Source of the DNA: Octopus bimaculoides
Taxonomy: Eukaryota
Reading direction: 5' to 3'
NCBI RefSeq assembly: GCF_001194135.2
Contig: NC_068986.1
Coordinates: forward strand, 72,655,471-72,719,470
Length of the DNA: 64,000 nucleotides
The position numbers were made by a program, and so were the translations under genes. Positions 39,801 through 51,332 of this stretch are shown here, one piece after another (position 1 is the first letter of the stretch; every line of letters begins with the position of its first letter). The notes under the pieces are model-generated. The model was not told where the DNA came from. It saw only the letters and a program-made list of their open reading frames with translations, and ran no database searches.

Positions 39801-40224
39801 CAACTCAACCCCACCCCCAAACCTTCTGGCCTTGTGCCAAAATTTGAAACCAGTATTATCTTTGAACTCATCTGTAGTTTATTCCACTGTAGTACTACTG
39901 CTTTTTAAGCATAGGAAATTGTCATTGAGTGTCTCTGATGTGTAAAATATACATTTTTGCTCTTCTAAATGTCATATTTGTGACATATTAGTCAACCTAG
40001 ATCATAATAAATACTGTTCTGCATAAATAGAACAGTATAATTGGTCCAACAAAGTCTCTATGTTTTCTATGTAACAGAAATATCATATCTTAATAGTACC
40101 TCAGTCTTATGAATTATAGTACATTTTAGGACCTTCAGAGTAATTGGCAAAATTAATATCACTAGGGTAAAACCTTTAAGTTTTGTTGGTTTTGTAACTT
40201 AAGTGGCAATGTTTTCAATTTTCT

Positions 40225-40560
40225 ACGGATCATCATCATCATTTAACATCCATTTTCCCTGCTGCATAATTTAGACAGTTTGACAGGAGCTGGCTAGCTG
40301 GAGAGCTGCCTAGGTTCCATGTCTATTTTGGCATGGTTTCTACAGCTGGATGCCCTTCCTAATGCCAAACCACTAGTGTGAACTGGGTGATTTTATGCAG
40401 CACTGGCACAGATGCTTTTTATGTTGTACCAGTACCCATGAGCCCACTCAGCTGAAGAGGGATGCAGAGGACATGCCTATATGCAAGGACAGACACAATT
40501 TTACTTAGCTTGACGCGTCTTCTCAAGCACAGCAATTTGTCATGAGTCTTGGTCCCTTGT
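40225..40560 (-). mobile_element. Family B retroposon copy (old)
   Basis: CATCATCATCATTTAACATCCATTTTCC...GGCATGGTTTCTACAGCTGGATGCCCTTCCTAATGCC. Confidence 0.75.
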
Positions 40561-42723
40561 CATTGATTGAAAGTATTAACCATCTCAAACTGACAAAGTA
40601 AAATGGATGTGCTGTGCAGCTAAGCACTGGACTGGTGAAGTGTCGATGTAGCTTCTACTGAGGGGTTTGGTGTAGTAGCAGTGTTCAGGGATGTGTGAGA
40701 CGTGGTATGTGTTGTCACTGCCAGCACATTTGAATGACAGGTAGAATCAGAAAATGATACTTCTTGGGCATGTGATTTTTATTTGTGGTGGCAGAGGAAT
40801 TGGATGCAATTGAAATATTCATTTCAGCATCAAAACCATCTATTTTTACACATCTGTCATTCATTGGAATGATTTAAATTAGTCTGGATATCACTAGGCC
40901 TGTCACTACTCATGCAACATTTATTTGCTCAACTTCCTATGTCATTCTGTACAATTAAATTACACAAATAATTTAATAAACATTACATCTTTTTCCTTTG
41001 CTAATGCTAGCAAAAAGAAAAACAAACACAAGTGGAAAAAAATAATAAATATGAAATTAGGAAAGCAAAACATGTTTTAATGGTGCATTGATGACACTAC
41101 AGCTTAAAATATTAACAGAAGAAAATATTACCAGAAATCAGGTTAGATAAAATATCTATAGAAACCAGGTTAGACCTAGGCATGACTGTGTGGTTAAGAA
41201 GTTTGCTTCAGGATCTCATAGTTAGGAGTTTGGTTCCACAGTATGAAAGTTGTTAGCTAACATTCTATACCAGAGCCATTGGTCAACCAATATCTTGTGA
41301 GTGAAAATGGTTGACAGAAACTGAAGCCTGTTGTATGTGTGTGAATGTGTTTGTATGAATGATTTTGTAATTTTCTTCTTGTCTTATGTGTGTTCATTGA
41401 CTGTAAACAAAACAACAGCCTCACTATCAAATACAGATGATGTATGCTTGCAGTTAACCATGGAAGCACATGAGCTTCTTTACATGTTTTGACATGTGTG
41501 AACTTTGTTCAGACTGTTCATTAGCTCAATAGACTATGGGATTATTACTTCGCTTGGAAAACATGTGAGGTTTGGCAACAGGAAAGGCATGGAAAAGTGG
41601 ACATTAAAATGATGATAAATAAACAGATATAAAGAGTACTCTTGGTAAGTTTGAGAATGGAAGTTAAGGTATAATTTCATTACCTGTGAAATAAAGGGTT
41701 CCAAGAATAAAATGAGTTACTTTTCCTTGTGTATGTTGGACTGAGGTAACCACAATGTAGAGCACCAAGAACAAAAAGGTTTTCAGTGAAGTGGTTGGTG
41801 AGTTAAAGCAACAAGTTAAGGGTTATAGATTCTTTAGGTGTTGCTGAACCTGTCGTTCCATCTTGCCTAAGTACTGTGCATTGTTGAGTTTATATGCAGT
41901 TGTGGCTTCAACACTCCTCTCAGTAACTGAACTGCTCAAACTTTCCAATAAATTAACATCATTACCACTTTGCTCAGACTTTGGATCTTACCTTAAAAAT
42001 CTTCATTGTTTCTATTCATAATTAGGTTAAATGATACACATTCATCATCATCATTTTAGCGTAACTTCTATGTTTGCTTGAGTCAGAGGAAACACATTGA
42101 GCCAAATTTTCGACTGCTGGATGTTTTTCTTGTTACCAAACCCAATTTATTTCCAAGTACAGTAATATATCCCCTTGTCCTTCAAATATGAACAGCACAG
42201 TGACCAGACATATTTACACAAGGTTACAAACAAATGACATCACTTGTATGATGATGACACTTGATTACAATTAGTGTGCACTGCCAACCAAATCCACTCA
42301 GAAAGCTTTGATCAGCCCAGAGATATAACAGAAGACAGGTGCTGCATAGTGGGACTGAACTCAAGACCATGTGGTTGTGAATCAAAATTCTTAATTCTTA
42401 ACAACACCTTACAAATAAGTAAATTTGTTATTCCTCATACTCTTAATAATCTTATGTTATTCATTTCTGAGAAACACCAACTTTACACTTTATGATAAAA
42501 ATAGCATTCAATCAAAAAATCCTTGCTCCAAAATACTTTATTTAAATGTTCAAAATTAGACTGTATTTATTTTATTCACATTATTTAATTACTGGCAGAT
42601 CTAAGCATTTTAATTTTATTTGGACTAATTCATTTACAAATTTAGGCATTTTAATAAAATATTATTTAGCTACCTTTTTCTAAATTTTTAAAATTTCTAA
42701 CTTAAAATTCATTCTATTTTCAG

Positions 42724-42740
42724 TTCTGTGCCCTACGTAG
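42724..42740 (+). CDS. FEZ1/FEZ2 (unc-76): FEZ/UNC-76 terminal coding exon (VLCPT*), followed by 3' UTR
   Basis: TATTTTCAG| acceptor. G from the previous exon plus TT CTG TGC CCT ACG TAG gives VLCPT*, the family's conserved C-terminus. Confidence 0.93.
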
Positions 42741-44961
42741 GGTAATTGTGTTTGGCCTGCATCACCCACTTGACAGCAAGGAGAAAAGGCTGTGTGCATT
42801 GTTGTCAGCAGCTTCAGAATGCCTCCTGTTTTAGTACTGCAACTGTTTGAACTGCGTCACCTCTTTTCCTTTTGTCTTTGTCGTCATTTTTGCTGATTTC
42901 TATCTTATGCTATTCTCCTCTCTGGCCAGACTCAACATTTACAGCCTATTTAGCAACAAATTTCTATTTTGGCATTCATATCCTGATATGCAATTGAAGT
43001 GGGAGATTTGTTTAGAACAATCTACTAAATTTGATTATTTAAAAACACAATGGTGATAATAATGATAATAGTAAGAACAACAAGCATGCAATATTTTTTT
43101 TCTATCTCTACCATAACTGTATAGCAGAGTTCACTTTATATGCCTGTATTTTTGAAATGAGTTATTGCTTAAGTGATATGCATTGTGCAGACCAGTATCA
43201 TCATCTTTTGTTTTATTATCTATATTACATTTTGATCCCAACATTTTTTCTAATTGAATATAATGTTGATATAAACACAGATGATGACTTTATCTGATCA
43301 ATGTACACTACTCTAGATTTCAATTTGTGGATTTTGTTTAAAATTGACTCTGCATTTCAATGGATGAGGTACTGCAAAGTTGCTGATGTTATAAACAGAA
43401 GCAAATTTGCTAACATTTGGAATTGTTTATTCCCTTCTTTTAACATATATGTATACTATGTAATCAAAAACAGCAGAAAATTCTTTCTTCCAGTTAGAAC
43501 ACCCACCTAAATTTATTTTGGGAAATTGAAGGTAGTTTTGATTGTAATGATTAGTGAAATGCATAAACAATTTTATTTATTTATTACAGTTAAAATAAGT
43601 TAACTGCTGTTGTCTCACTTCTTACAAGATTATCTTCTATATTTTATGTTGCTATATTCCTGAAAAAAAAAAGCATTAATTTTTTTTTTCTCACTCCCTT
43701 TTTCTTCAGGGTCTTTTCATTTGCTATCTCTATATGTTCATGTTGCATTGCCTTGTCGGGATTTCCAACCTGCCAGACTGGCACATTCTGTATATTATTC
43801 TCTAATGTCATACATTTTGTATGGTTTTAGATTTTCCCTATCATTTTCGTGCAATTTATGCTTACTTCTCCTCTCAACTACATCAGTCTGATTAATATTT
43901 TTTGTACAACTATATCTATTCATCTTTTTCCAGTAAAGACATTCAAAATATTTTAAGTGAACAAGTTAGGACTGTGCCTGTCAACCAAAATATACAGATT
44001 TATATAGGAAGAAAAAAAAATTATTTATCCACAACAGTTCTTTATCATTTATATGTTTCCTGAATTCTTTGTACTTTTTTATTATCTAAGGACATTGAAA
44101 AAGTCACCTAAGTGTGCTTGCCTTGTATAACTCATAGCTGGTATGTTATCTTGCTATTAGAAAGCAAGTAACTACTGATGCATCAAAAAACTCACCATAG
44201 AATAGCCATCTGTATACAACAGAGCATAAAATAAAGGCTCTCTAGTCCAAGGATGTCAATTTAGTTTTTTAATCATGCTTAAATTACATTTTATTTAACA
44301 GGGAAAGAGCTGATTTTTAAAACTGCTTTGTTTCGTTTAGTTTTTGTTCACAGAAAATAACTTATTTTTCCTAATAACTTTTTATTCTATATTTTCACTA
44401 CATTTTAGCAAATTTATGTTCATTCACAAATTTATTTGCATATACTTATGATAAATCAAGATGACCTAATACCATGGAGAACTGTTAATCTATATTGTAA
44501 ATAACATCCTGCCAGCTTTTTATTCAGTGACTGAAAGAACTTTTCCTACATATTCTTGTTCTCTCTTCAGTAGCCAAGTTTGACCATTTAACAATTTTTG
44601 AATAAGCAGTGAAATCTAAAAAGTAATTTAATCTCACTTTGGTATTGTCACTCTAGTTGCAGAGCTGGCATTTTTCATTGCTATTAGAAAACCTTGAGAC
44701 ATCAGCTCAGTATCAAACCCTCAAGTATTTGAATAAAAGTAACCTTAGTCTGTTAGTTTTTTTTATTAGCCAAAGTGAACATAAGGTAGATAATTTATAT
44801 GCATATCTGTTGTATTTCTAAGAATAATCACCAAAAATTAAAATCAAAATTACATAGTATTAGGCAGTAATGTTTTCAGTTTAATCAAATTAAGAATTAG
44901 GATAACATGACAGCTTAAAATATTCAATAAGAAAGTGATTTACTTTTCAAACAAGTCTTAA

Positions 44962-45183
44962 CCCATTTGATACCAACCAACCTGAGACTGCCTATGGTTC
45001 TATAATGCAAACTTTTGTTTTAAAGTGATCTAAATTAAAACCTTCTATCAAAATTTCCTGTTATTTAAGTTCCTAACACCTAACATCTTAATGATGACAG
45101 TTATTTTATTAAATTCTTCAATATTTTCAAAATTAACTGAAACAAAAGCAGTTTATTTCAACAGAAATATCGTAACAAAAGGG
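44962..45183 (+). mobile_element. Older TTAA-flanked MITE of a related family
   Basis: TTAA|CCCATTTG...CAAAAGGG|TTAA, 222 bp. Internal similarity to copy 1 (AATTAAAA.CTT, TTCC.AACAC, AGTTATTTT). Confidence 0.65.
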
Positions 45184-46410
45184 TTAATTCATAACATCTT
45201 TTAATTGGCTTTTTTTATTAATTGCAGTGACATCCATTTTGGTTGAGTCTATATTTTAATGTGCAGTGCTACTCTTGATGAACATTGCATGCTTGTAACT
45301 TATGGTTGTTTCAATAAATCTTACACAGCTTGTGATTTTTTTTCCTTCCTTATCCTGTTTATTGTTTTAATCTGTGACTAGGAAAATAGTTTTTTTGTTT
45401 TTGCAGCTAACACTAAAAAGCATCACAAAATTATCATGCATTAATCCTATGGATGGTGTATCTACAGGATATTTAAGAAGGAATAATATAGGTAGGACCA
45501 TGGAACTTGAAATCAGCAACACAAAAATTCCAGTTATTTAGACAGATCCAATGAGTGTTGGCAATGGATACTGTTAACTGCCAGTGACAAGATATAAATT
45601 GCCAAGAATATTGATAGAATCCCCTCCCTTCCCTATACCTGAGAATTGGCTATAGAATTAAAATAAAGATTGATCTTAAAAATCGAGTTGTTTGAAATGT
45701 CAAACCTTTCTACATGTATTAAAGTGGACACAACCATACTTGAACATAGTAATCCAAAAAATTAAAATTGCACTACTAGTAAGCAGGAGTAGAAATAGTT
45801 GTCCCTCTTATGGATAATTGACTGTCATCTTTAATATACATATCTCACCGGAATTGTAGTCAGGTATGCAATAGGATTACACCAACCCAATAGTGTCTTG
45901 CATTACCCATAAGCTGTGCAGTCCTGTCTTTGCTTAACTCTTCTATCTTCCTATCTATATTATTACCGGTTTCTCAGATTTAAACAATGTCACCTATTTC
46001 CCTCCATCTTAAAGCAACTTCTCCGATGCTGCCAGCTAGTGATCTATCAGTCTTACTTAGTCATTGGTGAACACTAATATATAGCTTCTATAATTACACA
46101 TCTATTAGAGACTTGCTCCTTTACCTTTGCCCTTCAGTGGAAATTTTTTTTCATTTAAATCTTCTTGGCTGAGCATGTCTGTCCACTGTTCATTTTTCAG
46201 ATTAATCTTCTGCAGATAGGCATCATCCAGTCACCTCACACCAAACATATACTGACTTTGTAAGCCATCTTGAGAATACCCTTTGATGAGTTTCCTCTCA
46301 ACATCATGACACAATAAGACTTTCCTTTACCTCATTTTCATGACTTGTTAACAAAAATTTACAAATGCAAGATAGTACTCTTTCGGATGATGACTTCCTC
46401 CTACTCCACC

Positions 46411-46588
46411 TTAGTACTACAACTGTTTGAACTGCGTCATCTCTTTTCCTTTTGTCTTTGTCGTCATTTTTGCTGATTTCTATCTTATGCTATTCTCCTC
46501 TCTGGCCAGACTCAATATTTACAGCCTATTTAGCAACAAATTTCTATTTTGGCATTCATATCCTGATATGCAATTGAAGTGGGAGATT
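46411..46588 (+). repeat. 178-bp direct duplicate of FEZ 3' UTR segment 42831-43008
   Basis: Ungapped alignment at offset 3580 with three substitutions. Confidence 0.95.
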
Positions 46589-48450
46589 AACCAGGATCTC
46601 CAACTAGAAATTCTTGTGTACATCAGTTTTGGTTAAGGTGCCCTATTCTCCGATCAGTCTAATTATGGCACATTTACAGCTACATAAAGTTAGACCACTG
46701 AACTAGTTTCACCAGTACGGTGTTGATGATGACATAAGCCATTTAGTAAGGTTATTTTCCAACAGCTCTGCTCCATTTCTTCATTTGTTATTCCATACTA
46801 GAATGGATTAGGTAAATATATTGTTGAGGCATTGCTTTATACCAGGATACTACACCTTTTCCATTATTACTCAAAAGTTGTTTTTCAAGAATGTATATTT
46901 CATTCCACAAGTGTTTGAAGGTGCAAATAGATCTTTGCTCTAAAATTTATTGTTACTATTTCAAATGTGATGACACAAGGCATATTGGGCAATAGTTTCT
47001 CAGATCAAGATAGTATTCTAGTCTTCAATAGTAATATAGAATGAGGGTTTTCCACAGCTGCTCTCTCCCACTTGATATTTCCATTGTTATACCATCTTTT
47101 CTTGGGACTTTGTCTCGCATCAGCTTGAAAGCATTATCTATTTCACTGGCCAAAATGGATAGTACTTCTTACATGTGTAACAGTGAATTGAGCATTTGAT
47201 AAATGATTTTACAAACCTCTTTATCACTCTTTTGTCGGTCATTCTCAAGTATCATGATCTCAAATTTATGCAGCAACATCTCTCTCCTGCATCCATTTTC
47301 CTCTCTTCTGTAGTTCTCAGTCTCTTTTCAAATGTCATATCACCATGCAGTGGAAAACTAAAGGTGATCGTTCCTGTTCCTTTTCAGTCTTCCATTCTGC
47401 TAGTATTTTTTGTTTTCTCAAAATGCCTTCCTTGTGGTTCCTGCAGGTTTACTTCTTACTTGCCACATGCAGCTAGCCAGTAAACTGGCAGTGTAGCTCT
47501 TCATCAATTTCTTCTAGCCTACTTTTCTTCTTGAATCTGCATCACATTGAAGACTAATTCATCAAAATGTGCAGTGAATTTTATCTCTATATTTGTCAAT
47601 TTTGATCTTCTCCTTAGTAAACACTGGTCATTGCTATTAAATGCCATTGTGACCAGGATGTTCCGCAATGTGCCTCATTTGTTGACCACATAATCCCATT
47701 TCAATGCTATGCATTTAAGGTTATACAAGTCCATCTCTTTTCCTGAATTGGGTTGTTCTTAATGTAAAGTCTTTACTTTGGCTCAGTGACTGAACATTTT
47801 CCTTTCACTTCTCTTTCCGAACCCAAATTTTACAATGTTTTTTGTCATCACCTTTTCCTGACCTTCACTTTGAAATCTGTCAGAGCATTTTTACCAGGTC
47901 TTGTTAGAATTCTTACACTTCATCTTACATGTGAGAAAATAGATATCAATGAACTTGAGCATGGCATTTCCTGGGAGTTAAATGTGTAGCACCCCAGTGT
48001 TATGATATTGCTAAATATGGTTTTCACACCATCCATTTTTTGCTCTCAAACCTATGCCACATCTTGCTTCTGCATCATCTACCTTTCCCTTTGATTCATG
48101 GGGGAGTGAAACTTGTCTTTACACACTATTTTAGCTTTTGAATGAGCCATCACACTGAATGAGTTTGGAAGTCAGTTACTTCACTAGTTTGGCTGGCTTC
48201 CAGCCTCTAGCAAATCGACTATGTGACCACTTTTGCAAAACAGTCTTTTTGGAACTGCCAGAGTATGCACCCTGCTACAACAGCTATTGGGCAGCCCTTC
48301 ACTACAAGCTGTCTACAAAGGTCATAGATACCAGATTCTCAAAATATTTTGACCAACAACCAGATATCCAGAATAAACACAGCACAATAGACTGCATATT
48401 CACAAGAGAGCCACTGAAAGATTCGCACTAGGAATATCATTGGTTACATG
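46589..48450 (-). mobile_element. Old RTE-like LINE remnant (endonuclease/RT-0 and C-terminal pieces, internally deleted)
   Basis: Minus-strand fragments RDKVPRKDGITMEI (KxPGxDGI motif), DLRNYCPICLVSSHLK (NYRPIxL motif) and GITNEEM. Many stops; boundaries approximate. Confidence 0.6.
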
Positions 48451-50337
48451 AAGATGACAAGTCAAAATAGTCAGGCACAATCAAAGGAAGAATGTGACTA
48501 GCAATGTGCAAGGATATCATAGTTTAAACACAAACAATTTGTCAAAACTGAGCAAATCCATAAAAAGTTTTTTTTTAAAAATGTTGCCATGCACGGTCTT
48601 GTTTCTACAGTAACCATTATTTTTTACTGTATTGTTGATCATATAGTCCAGGTACTAAAACCTTAGGGTAGTTCAGTACAGAGGAAACCTTGTCTATCTG
48701 TGGTCTTGGGCACAGATCATTCAGCAGTTTTTTAATGCCAACAGCTTTGTTTAGGATATGTAAGAGATAACATTTTTTCAAAGCATGTGCACATTGTCAT
48801 TCCAGTTAACTGACTGGTTACAAATGTTGCTAGGTAGACATTTTTCAGTGGTTAAAAATTCCACAAATCCAATGCATTTGATTTGAATGCAAAATTTAAA
48901 CTTGTGCTTAATAAGTAACAAATTAAAAATTAAATAAGTCTGGACATATCAGCAAATAATCCTTCAGTGACACCAGCCAACAATGAACATCACAGATCCA
49001 GTACCTGCACATTTTTCTTTCATTCATTCATAAAAACAAATATCCAGTAACCCATTTCAGCCACAATAAGTCCTTTATCGATCCAATACAGTATAAAAGA
49101 TAAATTGAGTTAATACTGCTGGACTGGGTTTTCTTGTTTGCACCAGGATTAAAGCAATGACTAGCCTCATACCAACCCTAATTTCATTACATTGGAACAA
49201 TGCAAGTAGCAATAATATAATTAAAACAGTGGCTTATACTGGAAGAAATCAGATAAGTATTTTAAACTGTTATGAAATAAAACAATTGCCAATAAGTTTT
49301 CATTATGGTTCAGTGGCAAAAGTCATAATTGATTGAAATCCTGTCAATGGAGCTAGACAGCAGAGTCAACAGGACAGTAAACAAAATACCATATTTAGCT
49401 AGTTCAAATCCCAAGCAGTAAATTTTGCCATTCATTCATCCTTCTGATGGTGCCAACAAGAAAGAAAAAAAAAAAAAACAAGAACAAAGCATATTAAATA
49501 TCAAAGAAAACTATTCAAGTTTATATCTCAGCAGATGTTGCCAATTTTATTGACTAAGATCACAGTACAATATTGAAGATGCAAAAGCCTAGCATTTGAA
49601 AAAGGAGCCATCAAAGCTTTTAAGCATCTTTCAAGATCCAGTCACATACACAAAACGTCTTGATTTCAAAATATTTATCTAACTATTCTTAAATCTTGCT
49701 TACATATATACTCTTAAGAAATTGTCAACCCATGTTTAAGATCAGAATAAAAAGCCAATTGTATATTTCTTAAAGCAGAGGCTAAAGAAATAAAAATAAA
49801 ACTGCAAAAGTAACCAATGAATGTCGTTTTATTTTTAGACCTACTTCAATGACAAAATCAAAATGTTTGTGTAAATTAAGTGAAATAGTTTTGGAGGTAA
49901 TCAAAATTTTTCAAGAGCAACCAAAACTATCCATTTACTAAATAAAAATGGGGATGTAGTTAGTTTTTGAGAAAATCTCCCAAAAGATGATGACTATTTA
50001 CAATGATTAAATGCATTGAAGAATGAAAGGGCAGGATACNNNNNNNNNNNNNNNNNNNNNNNNNNNNNNNNNNNNNNNNNNNNNNNNNNNNNNNNNNNNN
50101 NNNNNNNNNNNNNNNNNNNNNNNNNNNNNNNNNNNNNNNNNNNNNNNNNNNNNNNNNNNNNNNNNNNNNNNNNNNNNNNNNNNNNNNNNNNNNNNNNNNN
50201 NNNNNNNNNNNNNNNNNNNNNNNNNNNNNNNNNNNNNNNNNNNNNNNNNNNNNNNNNNNNNNNNNNNNNNNNNNNNNNNNNNNNNNNNNNNNNNNNNNNN
50301 NNNNNNNNNNNNNNNNNNNNNNNNNNNNNNNNNNNNN

Positions 50338-50682
50338 GCATCTTTGTCATTGACTTGATTTTCTTCAACTGGTGAACCATTTTCCTTTGGTTCCGGAGTT
50401 CTAGACTTAGAACGGGATGGTGAAGGAGACCGTGACTTAGATTTACTCTTGCTTACTGATCGTGACCGTGGCGTGTTGGATCTCGAATGGCTAGGACTCT
50501 TGCTCCTGCTTTTACTGGGACTGCGGCTTGCAGACTGCCTACTTCTTGATCTAGAACGAGATCGAGACTGTTCGGAACGAGATCGACTATGATGAGACCC
50601 AGATCTAGAACGAGAGTGAGACCGGCTCCTTCTGCGTGACCGAGATCGAGACCTTGATCGGCTACGTGAATGAGAGCGAGAG
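50338..50682 (-). CDS. SRSF4/5/6: SRSF4/5/6 RS-domain terminal coding exon (stop lost in gap 50040-50337)
   Basis: TTCTTCTCTTCAG| acceptor. Open frame SSRSHSRSRSRSRSRSRRRSRSHSRSRSG...SPSPSRSKSRTPEPKENGSPVEENQVNDKD up to the gap. The ORF track misses it because there is no in-frame ATG. Confidence 0.93.
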
Positions 50683-50949
50683 CTGAAGAGAAGAAAAAAA
50701 AAGCAAGAATTTTAGAACTCTACAAAAATTTACATCATATTTTACAAATTGGCATCTTTCCAATATTGACACCTGCTAAACACGTTACAATTTGTTATTC
50801 ACAACTCTTTACTAAGGTTTTTACACAGCAGAAAAAAAAAATAACTGCATTTCTTTATCATTATCAAATATTAACTTTTTATACAGTTAAAAAGACATTT
50901 ACATTGTAACACAAACCTATATCTACCAACACATTTAAAATCATCTTAC

Positions 50950-51069
50950 CTGCGCCTACGCTTACGTGGTCTGTCTTCAATCAACCTTATGTGCCTCCCA
51001 TTAATCTCTGTATCATCCAATTTATCTAAGGCATTTTTCATATCTGAATATGTGGCAAACTCTACAATT
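50950..51069 (-). CDS. SRSF4/5/6: SRSF4/5/6 RRM2 C-terminal exon
   Basis: TTTGTCAG| acceptor and AG|GTAAGA donor. Encodes (G)[39 protein letters not shown]. Confidence 0.96.
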
Positions 51070-51258
51070 CTGACAAAAAAAGAAAAATATAATATCAGGA
51101 ATCTAAAAGCTTAAAACAGCAGGATATAAAATATATACTAATTTACTATATGAGAAGTAATTAAGTGTTATGGAACTAAATAATACATAATTATACTTTT
51201 TATAATAGCATGGTATTCACTGAAAACCAGAAAAATTAAATAATGACCATGAACTTAC

Positions 51259-51332
51259 CCCTCATTTTTACGGTCCTTATGAGCATCAGCATATGTCACT
51301 TCACCAGCCTGTCGCATATAGTCTTTGAGATC
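51259..51332 (-). CDS. SRSF4/5/6: SRSF4/5/6 RRM2 exon
   Basis: TTCTTTCAAAG| acceptor and GG|GTAAGT donor. Encodes [24 protein letters not shown]. Confidence 0.97.

Larger units (their letters stand above)
1582..50337. other. Assembly gaps at 1582-1915, 24257-24773, 26472-26701, 33103-33112 and 50040-50337
   Basis: N runs. All X-containing ORFs in the track are artefacts of these. Confidence 1.

Noticed and set aside
42847-46636. Two near-identical 69-aa ORFs suggesting a duplicated small gene
   Set aside because: They start at TTG within a duplicated UTR fragment and diverge exactly at the duplication edge. There is no independent coding evidence.
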